A DNA stretch of 64,000 nucleotides, from NCBI GenBank assembly GCA_963790205.1, contig CAWBNQ010000003.1:256001-320000 (forward strand), in the 5' to 3' direction. The notes under the pieces were generated by a model. The model saw only the letters and a program-made list of their open reading frames with translations, was not told the origin of the DNA and searched no databases. The position numbers and the translations under genes were made by a program. Each line of letters opens with the position of its first letter. Position 1 is the first letter of the stretch. Source of the DNA: Nitrospirota bacterium (GTDB lineage: Bacteria; Nitrospirota; UBA9217). Shown here one piece after another: positions 12,922 through 23,181 of the stretch.

Positions 12922-13549
12922 GGCTCCTTCACCTTCGGCCTTATCACACTTAAGCAAGCGCCGATATTATACTCTCTCCGCGTATTCAAGTAAATGTAAT
13001 TCCCCGGACCGCTTGCTCTTTATCTTTCTTATAAAGAAGCCGTATCAATACGGAGTGGGAAAAGCAAACCCCGCTAGAGAACAAGTTCTTCGGCGATTAT
13101 AAATTGTGGTTTTGCGCCATAATCTCTTATGGTAAATATCAGCCGCCGGCAGGAGTCGGCAGCTTCCTCGCGCCCGGTAAAGAAGGCAGCGCATCTTTTC
13201 GGCGAGCGAAAAGAACCATAAAAGAAATGAGATGCCGCCGTGTCGAAGGGTACCAAATCAGCGGTATCGCCGTCAAGCAAAATGAACGGGGTCCCGGAGG
13301 AGCCTGCCAGAGAATTATTTTTAATTTGCGATTCCCCGTAGCGTGCTACGGGGTCGCCTTATGGGTTCATTCAGGACTTCTCGTTTCTTTCAGGGATCAG
13401 CAGCCGAATATGCGCGGTTGAGTCATGTCCTCATCGGTGAAATGTGCGCGGACGCCCGCGCAAAAGCTTCTGAAACCTGTTGCCGGACGCGGCAAGAAAG
13501 GCGAGTCTCCTGCATTTTCTTTCCCGTGTGTCATCCCGCGTATTATCAA

Positions 13550-13578
13550 TTGACTTCCCCCGCGCTCCTTGGTACTAT
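13550..13578 (+). promoter_or_regulatory. Sigma70-type promoter, probably leaderless, for the T2SS operon
   Basis: TTGACT-N17-TACTAT, 7 nt before ATG 13586, no Shine-Dalgarno (SD). Confidence 0.65.
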
Positions 13579-13585
13579 ACGGGCA

Positions 13586-14512
13586 ATGTTAGGTTTTTTT
13601 GCGAGAAAGCCCGGCTTGGGCATCGAGATTACATCTTCAGCAGTGAGACTGGCCGCGATAGCGGGCAGCGCAGCGAACGCCTCCGTGCTCTTCACGAAGA
13701 CGGCGGATCTGCCGGCAGGCATCGTGAATGAGAACTACGCTGCGCCGAACGTATGTGAGGTAGACGCCTTAGTCAATGTGCTGCGTGAGAGCTTGTCCGC
13801 CGTTTCGGCCCTTCATTTACGACGGGCGGCCTTAAGTCTGCCCGACGGCGTGTTCCGCGTTCAAACCGTCGAGTTCGACGAGCTGCCGGACAAGGCCATG
13901 GACCGGGAGCGGCTTATCCGCTGGCGGCTCGAGAAGAGCGCTTACGATATTGCCGACACCGTCCTCCGGTATCAGGTCCTGAAGCGGAAGGGCGGAGGTT
14001 TTACCGTCCTGGTCTGCATGGCCAAGCAGGCCGTCATATCGCAATATGAGGCGGTCCTCATCGGGCTGGGGCTCGAACCTTGGTCCGTGGGGCTTTCTTC
14101 CTTTCATACCCTGAATTTCTACTCCTCCTACCTGTCGAAGGCATCTTCGGTGGCGGCGATGGCCCAGGTGTCCGAAGATTCCTTTACAACCATTATTTGG
14201 GAAGCGGGCGGCGCGTGGTTTTACCGCTTCAAGGAAGTGAAGCGGGGGCGCGCGGACGAGGTCAAAACAAGGCTTATGCGCGAGATCGATGACTCCCTCC
14301 ATTTCTATAGGCACATGGACCGGACGCAACAGTCCGGGCTGGAGCGCCTCTATCTTACGGGAGATGCCGCGGTGTCTCATGGCCTGTCAGCGGGGCTCAA
14401 GGCCATGACGTCGCTCGACATAGAGGTCCTGTCGCCTTCCGCCGTCATTCCCTCCCTCAACGGCGCGGGCCCGGAACTGGCGGCGGCGCTGGGTGCGGGG
14501 TGCGGCTTATGA
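13586..14512 (+). CDS. pilM: PilM/GspL-like actin-fold assembly protein (PulM-type)
   Basis: LGIEIT N-terminus, ALSLPD, LYLTG, LAAALGA C-terminus; first gene of an M-N-O-P-Q run. Confidence 0.75.
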   Translation: MLGFFARKPGLGIEITSSAVRLAAIAGSAANASVLFTKTADLPAGIVNENYAAPNVCEVDALVNVLRESLSAVSALHLRRAALSLPDGVFRVQTVEFDELPDKAMDRERLIRWRLEKSAYDIADTVLRYQVLKRKGGGFTVLVCMAKQAVISQYEAVLIGLGLEPWSVGLSSFHTLNFYSSYLSKASSVAAMAQVSEDSFTTIIWEAGGAWFYRFKEVKRGRADEVKTRLMREIDDSLHFYRHMDRTQQSGLERLYLTGDAAVSHGLSAGLKAMTSLDIEVLSPSAVIPSLNGAGPELAAALGAGCGL

Positions 14513-15051
14513 TCCCGGTCAATTTTGCGAGCAGGAATTACCGGCTTATTGCGCGGATACAGACCGTTTTGCTTGCGGCGATCGTCGTCCTCTGCGTGGT
14601 CATGGCCGGGATGATCTGGACCGCTGCTTCCCTGCGCAAGAACATTTCCGTCATGGACCTGAAGCTGAAGGAGGTTGAGGCGGCTGACGAGAACCTGCGG
14701 CCGGCGTTCAGGGAACGCGAACAGCTCGTGAAAGACCTCTCCCTCATGTCCGGCGTCCTGGCGTCGAGAAGGTTTTCCTGGACGCGGCTGCTGACGCGCA
14801 TCGAGTCGGTCGTTCCCCTCGGGATGGAGCTCAAGCGTGTGGCATTCAACCCCGGGGACCATACCTTGACGCTTGAGGGCACGACGCAGTCACCGGAGTC
14901 GCTTCGCAATCTGGTCGTCGGGCTGGAAAAGTCCTCATCATTTAAAGACCCGTTTCTTAAACGCCAGTCTATTGAAAAGGGGAATAATTCATTCGATGTG
15001 GTCGCTGTCTATCGCGAAGATGCGGGCCCCGCTGTGGCTCAAGGAAAATAA
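14509..15051 (+). CDS. pilN: PilN-domain protein
   Basis: IPVNFAS start, one TM, coiled coil, FSWTRLLTRIESVVP. Confidence 0.8.
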   Translation: MIPVNFASRNYRLIARIQTVLLAAIVVLCVVMAGMIWTAASLRKNISVMDLKLKEVEAADENLRPAFREREQLVKDLSLMSGVLASRRFSWTRLLTRIESVVPLGMELKRVAFNPGDHTLTLEGTTQSPESLRNLVVGLEKSSSFKDPFLKRQSIEKGNNSFDVVAVYREDAGPAVAQGK

Positions 15052-15541
15052 CAGGAAGCTGATGACGGCGGCGCTTGCGTGCGTCGGGCTCGTCTGCGCG
15101 GACCTGCTTCTGTACGGCGTGCTGATCGCCCCTTCGGCCGCGCGGCTTAAAACGGCGGAGACAAGGTCCGCCGAGCTCAGGCGGAGGCATGCCGAGGCAG
15201 TCCTGTTCCAGAAGCAGAGGCCGTTGTTCGCGGGGATCATGGCCGGGATACCCGCTCAGAAGGACATGCCGATCCTGGTGAAAGATCTCGTACAAAAGGC
15301 CCGGCGGCTGAACCTGTCCGTGGCCTCGGTAAAGTACGATATGCCGAAGCGCGCCGGCGGGGAATTCACCCTGCTTACGTTTTCCTTTCCGGCCGAGGGC
15401 AGGTATCAGGACATCAAGCGGTTCATCTATGACGTGGAGACCGCCGACCGCCTTGTCGGGATCCAGGACCTGAAGCTGGATGGCGAAAAGGGCCGGGTGA
15501 AGCTGGAGATGAAACTCGTCACGTATGTAAAGGGGCAATAA
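15020..15541 (+). CDS. pilO: PilO/GspM-like protein
   Basis: One TM, coiled coil, GRYQDIKRFIYDVE. Confidence 0.8.
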   Translation: MRAPLWLKENNRKLMTAALACVGLVCADLLLYGVLIAPSAARLKTAETRSAELRRRHAEAVLFQKQRPLFAGIMAGIPAQKDMPILVKDLVQKARRLNLSVASVKYDMPKRAGGEFTLLTFSFPAEGRYQDIKRFIYDVETADRLVGIQDLKLDGEKGRVKLEMKLVTYVKGQ

Positions 15542-15549
15542 GACTGGCG

Positions 15550-16275
15550 ATGACGTTCACGCAGGAGCGACAAAAAAAAATCCTTATCGCGCTGACCGCA
15601 GTTCTCGCGCTTCTCATAACCTACCGCATCCTCACCGCGGAGAAGCCGAAAACCGCGCCGCTCACGTATAAGCGCGGCGCGGTCGCCAGTTCGCCGGTGC
15701 GGCAGGGGGTGTTGTCCCAGGCAGGAGGCGCAGACCCCTTGAATGTCTTCCTGGAGCGGCGTGCGGAAAATTTCCCGGGCGTGGCCCGCGACATTTTCAG
15801 GATGGAGAACCCGGCGCCCAGGCGGAAGCCGGCAGCGTCACAGCCGGCTCCTCCCGTGCACGTAAAAACACCGGAGGAGATTGCCGCCGAAGCGGCTCTG
15901 AGCGCTGCGGAGGCGGCGCGGGCGGACCTGTCGAAATTCCGTTTCCTCGGCTATCTGACCAGCAAGGACAACACGGTGTTTCTGTCCAAGGACGGTGAAC
16001 TCTTCATCGTCAAGAGCGGGGACCAGGTGCTCAGGAACTACAAGGTAATAGAGACGGGCAAGGACCATGTCGTTTTGCTCGATACGATTACTCGCGTCGA
16101 AGTGCGCATTTATCTGTCCGGCGCTGCTCCACAATACCAGCAGCCGCAACCGCAACAGGCGCCGCCGCTGTCGCCGCAACAGGTGCAGCCGCAACCGCAG
16201 CAGTCGCCGCAGCCCGTACCTCAACCTCAGCAACAGCGGCCGCCGATCTACAGGAAACGACCGGCGTCCGGCTAG
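15550..16275 (+). CDS. PulP/GspC-like T2SS component with Gln/Pro-rich tail
   Basis: N-terminal TM, RDIF motif, FRFLGYL...VFLSKDGELFIVKSGD; lies between pilO and the secretin. Confidence 0.65.
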   Translation: MTFTQERQKKILIALTAVLALLITYRILTAEKPKTAPLTYKRGAVASSPVRQGVLSQAGGADPLNVFLERRAENFPGVARDIFRMENPAPRRKPAASQPAPPVHVKTPEEIAAEAALSAAEAARADLSKFRFLGYLTSKDNTVFLSKDGELFIVKSGDQVLRNYKVIETGKDHVVLLDTITRVEVRIYLSGAAPQYQQPQPQQAPPLSPQQVQPQPQQSPQPVPQPQQQRPPIYRKRPASG

Positions 16276-16395
16276 AGATAAAGCAGCGGTACGGGGAGAT
16301 GCGTCGTACTATTATTGGCCAGGTCATCGGAAAACCCGGATTTCCCGTTCAGTCCGGCCCGGTTTGAATAAACAGTACCCATGAGGAGGTAGAGA

Positions 16396-18755
16396 ATGAA
16401 AAGGAGTATGCTCGGGCTTGCGGCGTTTCTGCTGCTCGCGGCGCTCGCGGGCTGCGCGGGTTCCCAGGCGTTCCAGCGCGGCGAGCGTTATGCCGATCGG
16501 GGAGAATGGGACCTTGCCGTGAAGGAATACCGGGAAGCCAACACGCGCTCGCCCCAGGACATCGAATACCGTTCGGCGCTGCTCAGGGCACAGGAGACCG
16601 CGGCGAACGAGCACTATAAAAGGGCGCGCAAGTTTCTGAAGGAGCGGAAGTTCGACCAGTCCATCGAGGAGCTTCAGCAGGCCCTGTATCTCAACCCTTC
16701 GAATGCGGCCATCCAGAGCACGCTCAAGTCCGTGCTCGATATAAAGCAGGCGGAGGAGCACTACCGCGCATCGCTCACGTTCCAGGAGCTCGGACGGTTG
16801 AGCGACGCCATCAGCGAGCTGAACCAGGCGGTGGAGCTTGATCCGGAAAACGTCAAATACCTCGATTCCCTCGACAAGCTGCGGAAAAAGAAGGCCGAAA
16901 CCGAGCCGGAAGACGCGCTCACCCTGGCCTCGGACAAGCCCATTACCCTGAATTTCAAGAACACGAACATCAAAGACGTCTTCGATTTCCTGTCCAAGCT
17001 CTCGGGCATCAACATCCTGTTCGACGAAGAAGTGAAGGCGCAGCCGGTGACCGTGTTCGTCAAGGACGTGTCGTTCCAGTACGCGCTCAACCTGCTCCTC
17101 TCCACGAACAAGCTCTTCATGAAGAAGGTCAGCGCCGACACCATCATCATCGTCCCCAAGACCAAGGGAAAGCTGGACCAGTACCAGGACCTGATGGTCA
17201 AGACCTTCTATATCAACAACGCGAAGGCGAAAGAGGTCGTCAACCTGGTCCGGTCCATGCTCGATGTCAAAAAGATATACGTGAACGAGATCCAGAACTC
17301 CATCACTGTGCGCGATACGCCTGAGAAAATAAAACTGGTGGAGAAAGTGATCGCCGCGAACGACCTCAAGGAAGCGGAGGTCATTCTCGACGTCGAGATC
17401 CTCGAGCTGGCAAGGACCAACTCGCTGAATGTCGGCTGGAACTTTACGCCCGGGCTGACCGCCGGAGCAACGGTCCAGAGCATTACTCCCCCGACCGGCG
17501 TTTCTATCCCCGCGGGCAGTATCTCCCTGAACGAGCTCAGAAACCTGTCGAGGGACAATATTTTTGTAACCCTCCCCGGTATTGTGATGAACCTGATCAA
17601 ACAGGATTCCGATGCCCAGACCCTTGCCAACCCGCGGGTCCGCGTTCTGAACAACAAACAGGCGAAGTTCCATATCGGAGACAAAATTCCGATCCAGACC
17701 TCGACCATCCAGTCCACCGCGACGGCCGCCGTCACGTCCACCTTCGAGTATAAGGACGTCGGCATCAAGCTCAACATCGAACCGACCATCCACCTCAACA
17801 ACACGGTGACGCTCAAGATGGCGATGGAAGTCAGCACCCTCGGCCAGCCGCTGGATTTCGGGAACGGGCAGAAACAGTACAAGTTCGGGACCCGGAACAC
17901 GGAGACGATCGTAAACCTGCGGGACGGAGAGACCGTGATCATCGGGGGACTGATCAAGGATGAGGACACGGAAGAGCAAGATCAAGGTTCCCGATCCTCG
18001 GCGATATACCTCTAGTGGGCAGGCTGTTCTCCTCGACGGACGACGAAACGATCAAGACGGACATCCTCATGTCGATCACGCCGAACATCGTGCGCAATAT
18101 GGAGCTGCCGGACAAGGACACGCAGGCGTTCTGGTCGGGGACGGAAGAGGCCTACGCCACCACGCCGCTCTTCGTCACCGCCGGCAAGAGCACCAAGCCG
18201 TCGAGCAGGGCGCCTGACAAGACCGAGGTGCTCGAATCCATGGCGAAGTCCGGGGCGGCTGCTCCGGCGGCCGGGTTAGCGGCGAAGACGCTGTCGGCCC
18301 CGACGACCACGGCGACAGGACAGCCTTCCGGCGCGCCATCCGTCGCGGCTTTGGAGCTCGAACCTTCGGAAGGAACGGTCCAGGTCGGACAGGAAATGAG
18401 GGTGGAACTGACCGCCGGCGGGATCAAGGACCTCTACGGGGGCATTATTACGCTGAGCTACGATCCCAAGGTATTGGATTTCAAGACCGCGAGCGAGGGA
18501 ACGTTCCTGAGGAAGGACGGACAACCGACCTCGTTCCTTTTTTCGAACAACATCAATGCAGGGACCGTGGACATTTACATAACGCGCATCGGCGGGCGAG
18601 GCGGCGTAGGCGGCTCAGGAAGCCTGTGTACCCTCGTATTCCAGGGCAAATCGGGCGGAACAAGCGAGATAACCATGAAGAGCGTGAAACTGATGAATAT
18701 GGCACGGGAACAGATCGGGAGCGAAAGCAAAAAGGCGAAAGTGGTTGTGAAGTAG
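16396..18755 (+). CDS. gspD: Secretin (PulQ/GspD-like) lipoprotein with N-terminal TPRs and C-terminal cohesin-like domain; two +1 frameshifts at about 17965-17992
   Basis: Lipobox LAGC, TPRs, ITLNFKNT, LANPRVRV, YKDVGIKLNIEP, GETVIIGGLI; the motif KVPILGDIPLVGRLF is split across three frames; cohesin-like ITLSYDPKVL. Confidence 0.85.
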
Positions 18756-18879
18756 GACGGCGGCAGGAGCGCCGTATTGAATATTTGAAAACTGGAAAGC
18801 GCAAAGGGAAAAAACATCATCCAGAGGACGCTCTGCAATCTGAAATTTCCAATTTTCATTTTCCAGTTCATTCTAGGCT

Positions 18880-19365
18880 ATGAGGGAAAAGGGTTTCACG
18901 CTTATAGAGCTGCTGGTAGTCATCGCTATCATGGCCATCCTGGCTTCGGCGGCAATGCCCCTTTCGCGCATGACCGTCAAACGGGCCAGGGAAATCGAGC
19001 TGCGCGCCAATCTCAGGACCTTGCGCACCGCGATCGACGCGTTCAAGGATGACTGTGAGAATAAAAAACTTTCGACCTTTGAAGGCTACTGTAAAACCGA
19101 GCAGAACAACTATCCGGATTCCCTCGAACAGTTGACGGAACCGCTGAAAATGAGCGGAGCCGTGGACAAGACCCGGAAATATCTTCGGAGGATCCCCCGG
19201 GACCCCATGACCGAGCTTGATTCACCGGGCAACCCGAACAACTGGGGGCTGCGTTCCTACAGCGATGATCCGGATTCCACCCAGTGGGGCGGCGATGATG
19301 TGTTCGATGTCTATTCGAAGAGCGACAAGACGGCCCTTGACGGCTCAAAGTACAGTACCTGGTAA
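18880..19365 (+). CDS. gspG: Type II secretion pseudopilin (PulG-type)
   Basis: Class III signal KG|FTLIELLVVIAI; YLRRIPRDP. Confidence 0.88.
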   Translation: MREKGFTLIELLVVIAIMAILASAAMPLSRMTVKRAREIELRANLRTLRTAIDAFKDDCENKKLSTFEGYCKTEQNNYPDSLEQLTEPLKMSGAVDKTRKYLRRIPRDPMTELDSPGNPNNWGLRSYSDDPDSTQWGGDDVFDVYSKSDKTALDGSKYSTW

Positions 19366-19398
19366 TGAGTAAGAATGAATAAGAATGAAACGCATAAT

Positions 19399-19794
19399 AT
19401 GAAAAGTTCCGGCGAGCGCGGCTTCACGCTCATCGAGCTCATGGTCGTACTTGCGATCATCGGTATCCTCGTTACGATCGCCCAACCGAACCTGAAACGG
19501 TCCATCACCAGGGCCCGTGAGGCCGTGCTCAAGGAAGACCTGTTCCAGATGCGCGATGCCATCGATCAATATTACACGGACAACGGCAAGTATCCCGCGA
19601 CCCTCAAGGACCTGGTCAACACGCAGGAGGGGACCAAGAGCTATCTTCGGGACGTGCCCCGGGACCCGTTCACCGGCGCTGATGACTGGATCACGGTCGC
19701 CGCGCCCGAAGGCGGTGAAGAGGACGGGGTGTTCGACGTACACAGCGCCAGCCCCCTGATTGCCACGGACGGCACGGCGTACAATACGTGGTGA
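19399..19794 (+). CDS. Type II secretion pseudopilin (OxpG-type); alternative start at 19375
   Basis: RG|FTLIELMVVLAI, AREAVLKEDL, AIDQYY, YLRDVPRDP. Confidence 0.88.
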   Translation: MKSSGERGFTLIELMVVLAIIGILVTIAQPNLKRSITRAREAVLKEDLFQMRDAIDQYYTDNGKYPATLKDLVNTQEGTKSYLRDVPRDPFTGADDWITVAAPEGGEEDGVFDVHSASPLIATDGTAYNTW

Positions 19795-19845
19795 GGTTTT
19801 CCGTTCGCCGCCATGATTCCCCGCGGTTAAGGAAGCAAGAACGTG

Positions 19846-19875
19846 TTGACTTACTCCGTCTCATTCTGATATTAT
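19846..19875 (+). promoter_or_regulatory. Sigma70-type extended -10 promoter, probably leaderless, for gspF-gspE
   Basis: TTGACT-N18-TATTAT with TG extension, 6 nt before ATG 19882, no SD. Confidence 0.6.
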
Positions 19876-19881
19876 CCATCC

Positions 19882-21072
19882 ATGCCCCATTTTACCTACA
19901 AGGCTGTTCGGGAAGACGGGACCACCGTAACTGACGAGGCCACGGCAGCTGACGTTGCCGAGCTCCGGCAGGAGCTGGAGGCCAGAGGCTACCTGGTTTT
20001 GGGCCTCGAAAAGAAAAAAACCTCCTTATGGAGCGGCCGCGGCAGCGCAAAGGACTTCCTCATCTTCAACCAGGAATTCGCAACGCTCGTCAAGGCAGGA
20101 CTGCCGATCCTCCAGGCGATCGAACTGCTGCACAAGCGGACGGAAAAGCCGGGGTTTCGGAACGCCCTCGAGAGCATCATCCATGATATCAAGGGGGGAG
20201 CAGCGCTCTCGGACGCCATGACCCGGCATCCTGCATACTTTTCGCCCCTCTACACGGCCACCGTGCGGGCGGGCGAGAAGAGCGGCGCCCTTGTCGATGT
20301 GCTCAGACGCTTCACCCTCTATCAGAAAAAAATGATCACGGTGGTGGGCAAACTGAAAATGGCGCTCGCCTACCCGGTCTTTCTGGTCGTCTCTCTCTTC
20401 GCGGTGCTCCTGCTCTTTTTCCTCTTCATCATACCGAACTTCACGCAGATGTACAGCGAGCAGGGCGGGAAGCTTCCGCTTTTGACGAGGCTTCTCGTTT
20501 CGTTTACCGCGGCGCTTACCCACTATGCGCCGTTTGTCTTCGTCAGCCTTCTCGTTGCGGGCGCCGGCTTATACTCGTGGCAGAAGACCGAGACCGGCAG
20601 GAAGACGGTCGATGGCTTGAAGCTCAAAATACCGCTCGTCCGGTCGCTCATCATTCAGTACGTCCTCGCGCAGCTCACCCGGACGCTTTCTACCGTGCTC
20701 CGGGGCGGCATTCCGCTGGTGCAGGCGCTCGACACCACCGCCGGCGTGATCAGCAACACGGTCGTCGCCGGGAGATTGTCGGAAGCCAGGGAACTCGTGA
20801 CCCAGGGCGTGAGCCTTGCCGATGCCTTCGAACGCACCCGGCTGGCGCCGGACATGACGGTCCGGATGATCGCGGTCGGGGAATCGTCCGGCGATCTTCC
20901 GCAGATGCTCGAGGATGTCGCGGATTTCTACGATCAGGAGGTCGAGAACAGGCTGACCGCCATCACGACGCTGATCGAGCCGGTGCTCATGCTGTGCATG
21001 GGGCTTGTGATGGCGGTGATCGTGGTTGCTCTCTACCTGCCGATATTCGAAATGGGGGCGCAGATACGATGA
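19882..21072 (+). CDS. gspF: Type II secretion inner-membrane platform protein F
   Basis: MPHFTYKA, LVKAGLP, AGEKSG, VGESSG, LIEP, LYLPIF. Confidence 0.93.
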   Translation: MPHFTYKAVREDGTTVTDEATAADVAELRQELEARGYLVLGLEKKKTSLWSGRGSAKDFLIFNQEFATLVKAGLPILQAIELLHKRTEKPGFRNALESIIHDIKGGAALSDAMTRHPAYFSPLYTATVRAGEKSGALVDVLRRFTLYQKKMITVVGKLKMALAYPVFLVVSLFAVLLLFFLFIIPNFTQMYSEQGGKLPLLTRLLVSFTAALTHYAPFVFVSLLVAGAGLYSWQKTETGRKTVDGLKLKIPLVRSLIIQYVLAQLTRTLSTVLRGGIPLVQALDTTAGVISNTVVAGRLSEARELVTQGVSLADAFERTRLAPDMTVRMIAVGESSGDLPQMLEDVADFYDQEVENRLTAITTLIEPVLMLCMGLVMAVIVVALYLPIFEMGAQIR

Positions 21073-22793
21073 TGTCATTCCGGAGAAGACGCCTGGGAGA
21101 GATCCTTTCGGCCAAGGGGCTCGTGACCGAGGAGCAGATCGCCGACATCCTGTCGAGAACCGAGGGGAGCCGGATGCGGATCGGAGAACTTCTCATGACA
21201 GAGGGGCTGGTCACCGAGGAGTCCCTCGCGAAGGCGCTGGCGGAACAGCGGGACCTGCGTTACGTCGACCTCCTGGACTTCAGCGTCAACGCCAAATTCT
21301 TCACAACCATCCCCGTCAATCTGATGCAGCGATACCAGTTCGTTCCCATGGAAGACGCCGGGGACATTTTGGTCGTCGCCATGACCGACCCGAGCAATAT
21401 TCCCTCCATCGACGAGCTCGAAATGGTCCTGGGCCGTCAACTTGAGATCTGCGTGAGCACGCCCTCGGCCATCCAGGCGGTCCTGAAGCGGAGCGGCGGT
21501 TCGGAACAGGCGCTCCATGCGGTCTCCGAAGACTTTATGTTCCAAATCATCAAGGACAAGGAAGACGGCCAGGGCGAGGAAGTGCTTTCCCTCGAGAGCA
21601 TCGACAAGGACGAAAGCCCCATCATCAAGCTTATCCACACCACGGTGTTCGACGCCATCCAACGGAGGGCCTCCGACATCCACATCGAGGTCACGGACAG
21701 GAACGTTTTGATCAAGTACCGCATCGACGGCGTGCTCTACCCCGCAGTTGAGCCGATCGACATCAGGTTCCACAGCGCCATCGTGTCGCGCATCAAGGTC
21801 ATGAGCGACCTCGACATCGCCGAGCGGCGCGTGCCCCAGGACGGCAGGTTCAAGCTCAGGACCGGCGGGAAGACCATCGATTTCCGTGTTTCTATTCTGC
21901 CCTCCGCCTTCGGCGAGGACGTGGTCATCCGCATCCTCGACAAGGAATCCATCACCGCCGGGGTGAACTCGCTCAAGCTCGACAGCCTCGGTTTCGACGA
22001 AAACGATCTCAAGCGGTTCCGCAAGAGCATCCAGGAACCCTATGGCATGGTCCTCGTGACCGGCCCCACGGGGAGCGGCAAGACCACGACCCTCTACGCC
22101 GCCATGACGGAGATCAATACCGGCGAGGACAAGTTCATCACCATCGAGGACCCTGTCGAGTACCAGCTCCGGGGCGTAACGCAGATCCCGGTGAATGAAA
22201 AGAAAGGGCTCACCTTCGCGCGCGGCTTGCGCTCGATCCTCCGGCATGACCCGGACAAGATCATGGTCGGCGAAATCCGCGACGCCGAGACGGGCCAGAT
22301 CGCGGTCCAGTCCGCGCTCACCGGGCACCTGGTCTTCACCACGGTGCATGCGAACAACGCCTTCGATGTGCTCGGCCGCTTCCTGAACATGGGCATCGAA
22401 CCCTACAACTTCGTGTCATCGCTCAACTGCATCCTCGCCCAGCGGCTCGTCCGCATACTGTGCCCCCGGTGCAAAAAACCCATTACCCTGTCGAGAAAGG
22501 AACTCGAAGACTCTGCAATGGATTACGAAAAGTACGGAAATCACCGGTTCTATGAGGCCGGGGGGTGCAAGGACTGCAATTTTACGGGTTTCCGGGGCAG
22601 GAAGGCCATAACGGAATTTCTCGATCTTTCCGACCGCGTCCGGGAAATGATCCTCGAAAGGCGGCCGTCGTCGGAGCTCCGGAAGGCCGCCATGACCGAG
22701 GGCATGACCACCCTCCGCCAGTCCGCGCTTGCGAAGGTCTATGCCGGCGATACGACCGTGAAGGAGATCAACCGGGTAACGTTTATTGAATAA
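21069..22793 (+). CDS. gspE: Type II secretion / PilB-type ATPase E
   Basis: RLGEIL N-terminus, ASDIHIE, GPTGSGKTTT Walker A, TIEDPVEY, LRHDPD, LTGHLV, tetracysteine motif. Confidence 0.95.
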   Translation: MMSFRRRRLGEILSAKGLVTEEQIADILSRTEGSRMRIGELLMTEGLVTEESLAKALAEQRDLRYVDLLDFSVNAKFFTTIPVNLMQRYQFVPMEDAGDILVVAMTDPSNIPSIDELEMVLGRQLEICVSTPSAIQAVLKRSGGSEQALHAVSEDFMFQIIKDKEDGQGEEVLSLESIDKDESPIIKLIHTTVFDAIQRRASDIHIEVTDRNVLIKYRIDGVLYPAVEPIDIRFHSAIVSRIKVMSDLDIAERRVPQDGRFKLRTGGKTIDFRVSILPSAFGEDVVIRILDKESITAGVNSLKLDSLGFDENDLKRFRKSIQEPYGMVLVTGPTGSGKTTTLYAAMTEINTGEDKFITIEDPVEYQLRGVTQIPVNEKKGLTFARGLRSILRHDPDKIMVGEIRDAETGQIAVQSALTGHLVFTTVHANNAFDVLGRFLNMGIEPYNFVSSLNCILAQRLVRILCPRCKKPITLSRKELEDSAMDYEKYGNHRFYEAGGCKDCNFTGFRGRKAITEFLDLSDRVREMILERRPSSELRKAAMTEGMTTLRQSALAKVYAGDTTVKEINRVTFIE

Positions 22794-23181
22794 AGAAGCC
22801 GGGGGTCCCTTCCGTTTATCTCCCCGCCTGACAACGCGTTGCCTTTCTTTGCCGAAAAATTCAGGGAAGGCCGGGACGCGCCTCCGGTTTGACTTTGCCC
22901 GTGACGGGCCCGCGGCGCGTCTCATAACGTTGGCGACGCCGAAGCCGCACGCAATAGGCCGCCGGCCCTTGCCGGGGCTCAACTGTCGTTGTTCATTTAC
23001 AAAGACCGTTTCAAGACCGGATGAATTATATTGCAAACCACTCCTGAACCTGCTATTATTATTGGACTAAATTGGACAAAAGATCAAGCACGTCATGTCT
23101 CTTCGCGGCGAAAAGAATAAAGAAGTTTTCCGCAGGTCATGTTTCTTGTCCTCGGGAAAGGGAGCATGCCGACTCTAATTA

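Noticed and set aside
13570..13585. Sigma54 promoter TGGTACTATACGGGCA before the pilM-like gene
   Set aside because: It abuts the start codon, so the TSS would fall inside the CDS; the overlapping sigma70 match fits better
16324..17985. Long antisense or alternate-frame ORFs (553 aa here; also 21075-22349, 28015-29301, 38710-39975, 47360-48532, 60972-61916, 63387-63821)
   Set aside because: Shadow ORFs of GC-rich genuine genes, with no recognisable motifs
20577..21068. 164-aa N-terminal extension of the ATPase in the ORF track
   Set aside because: It overlaps gspF out of frame; the real start is probably ATG 21069 (MMSFRRRRLGE)
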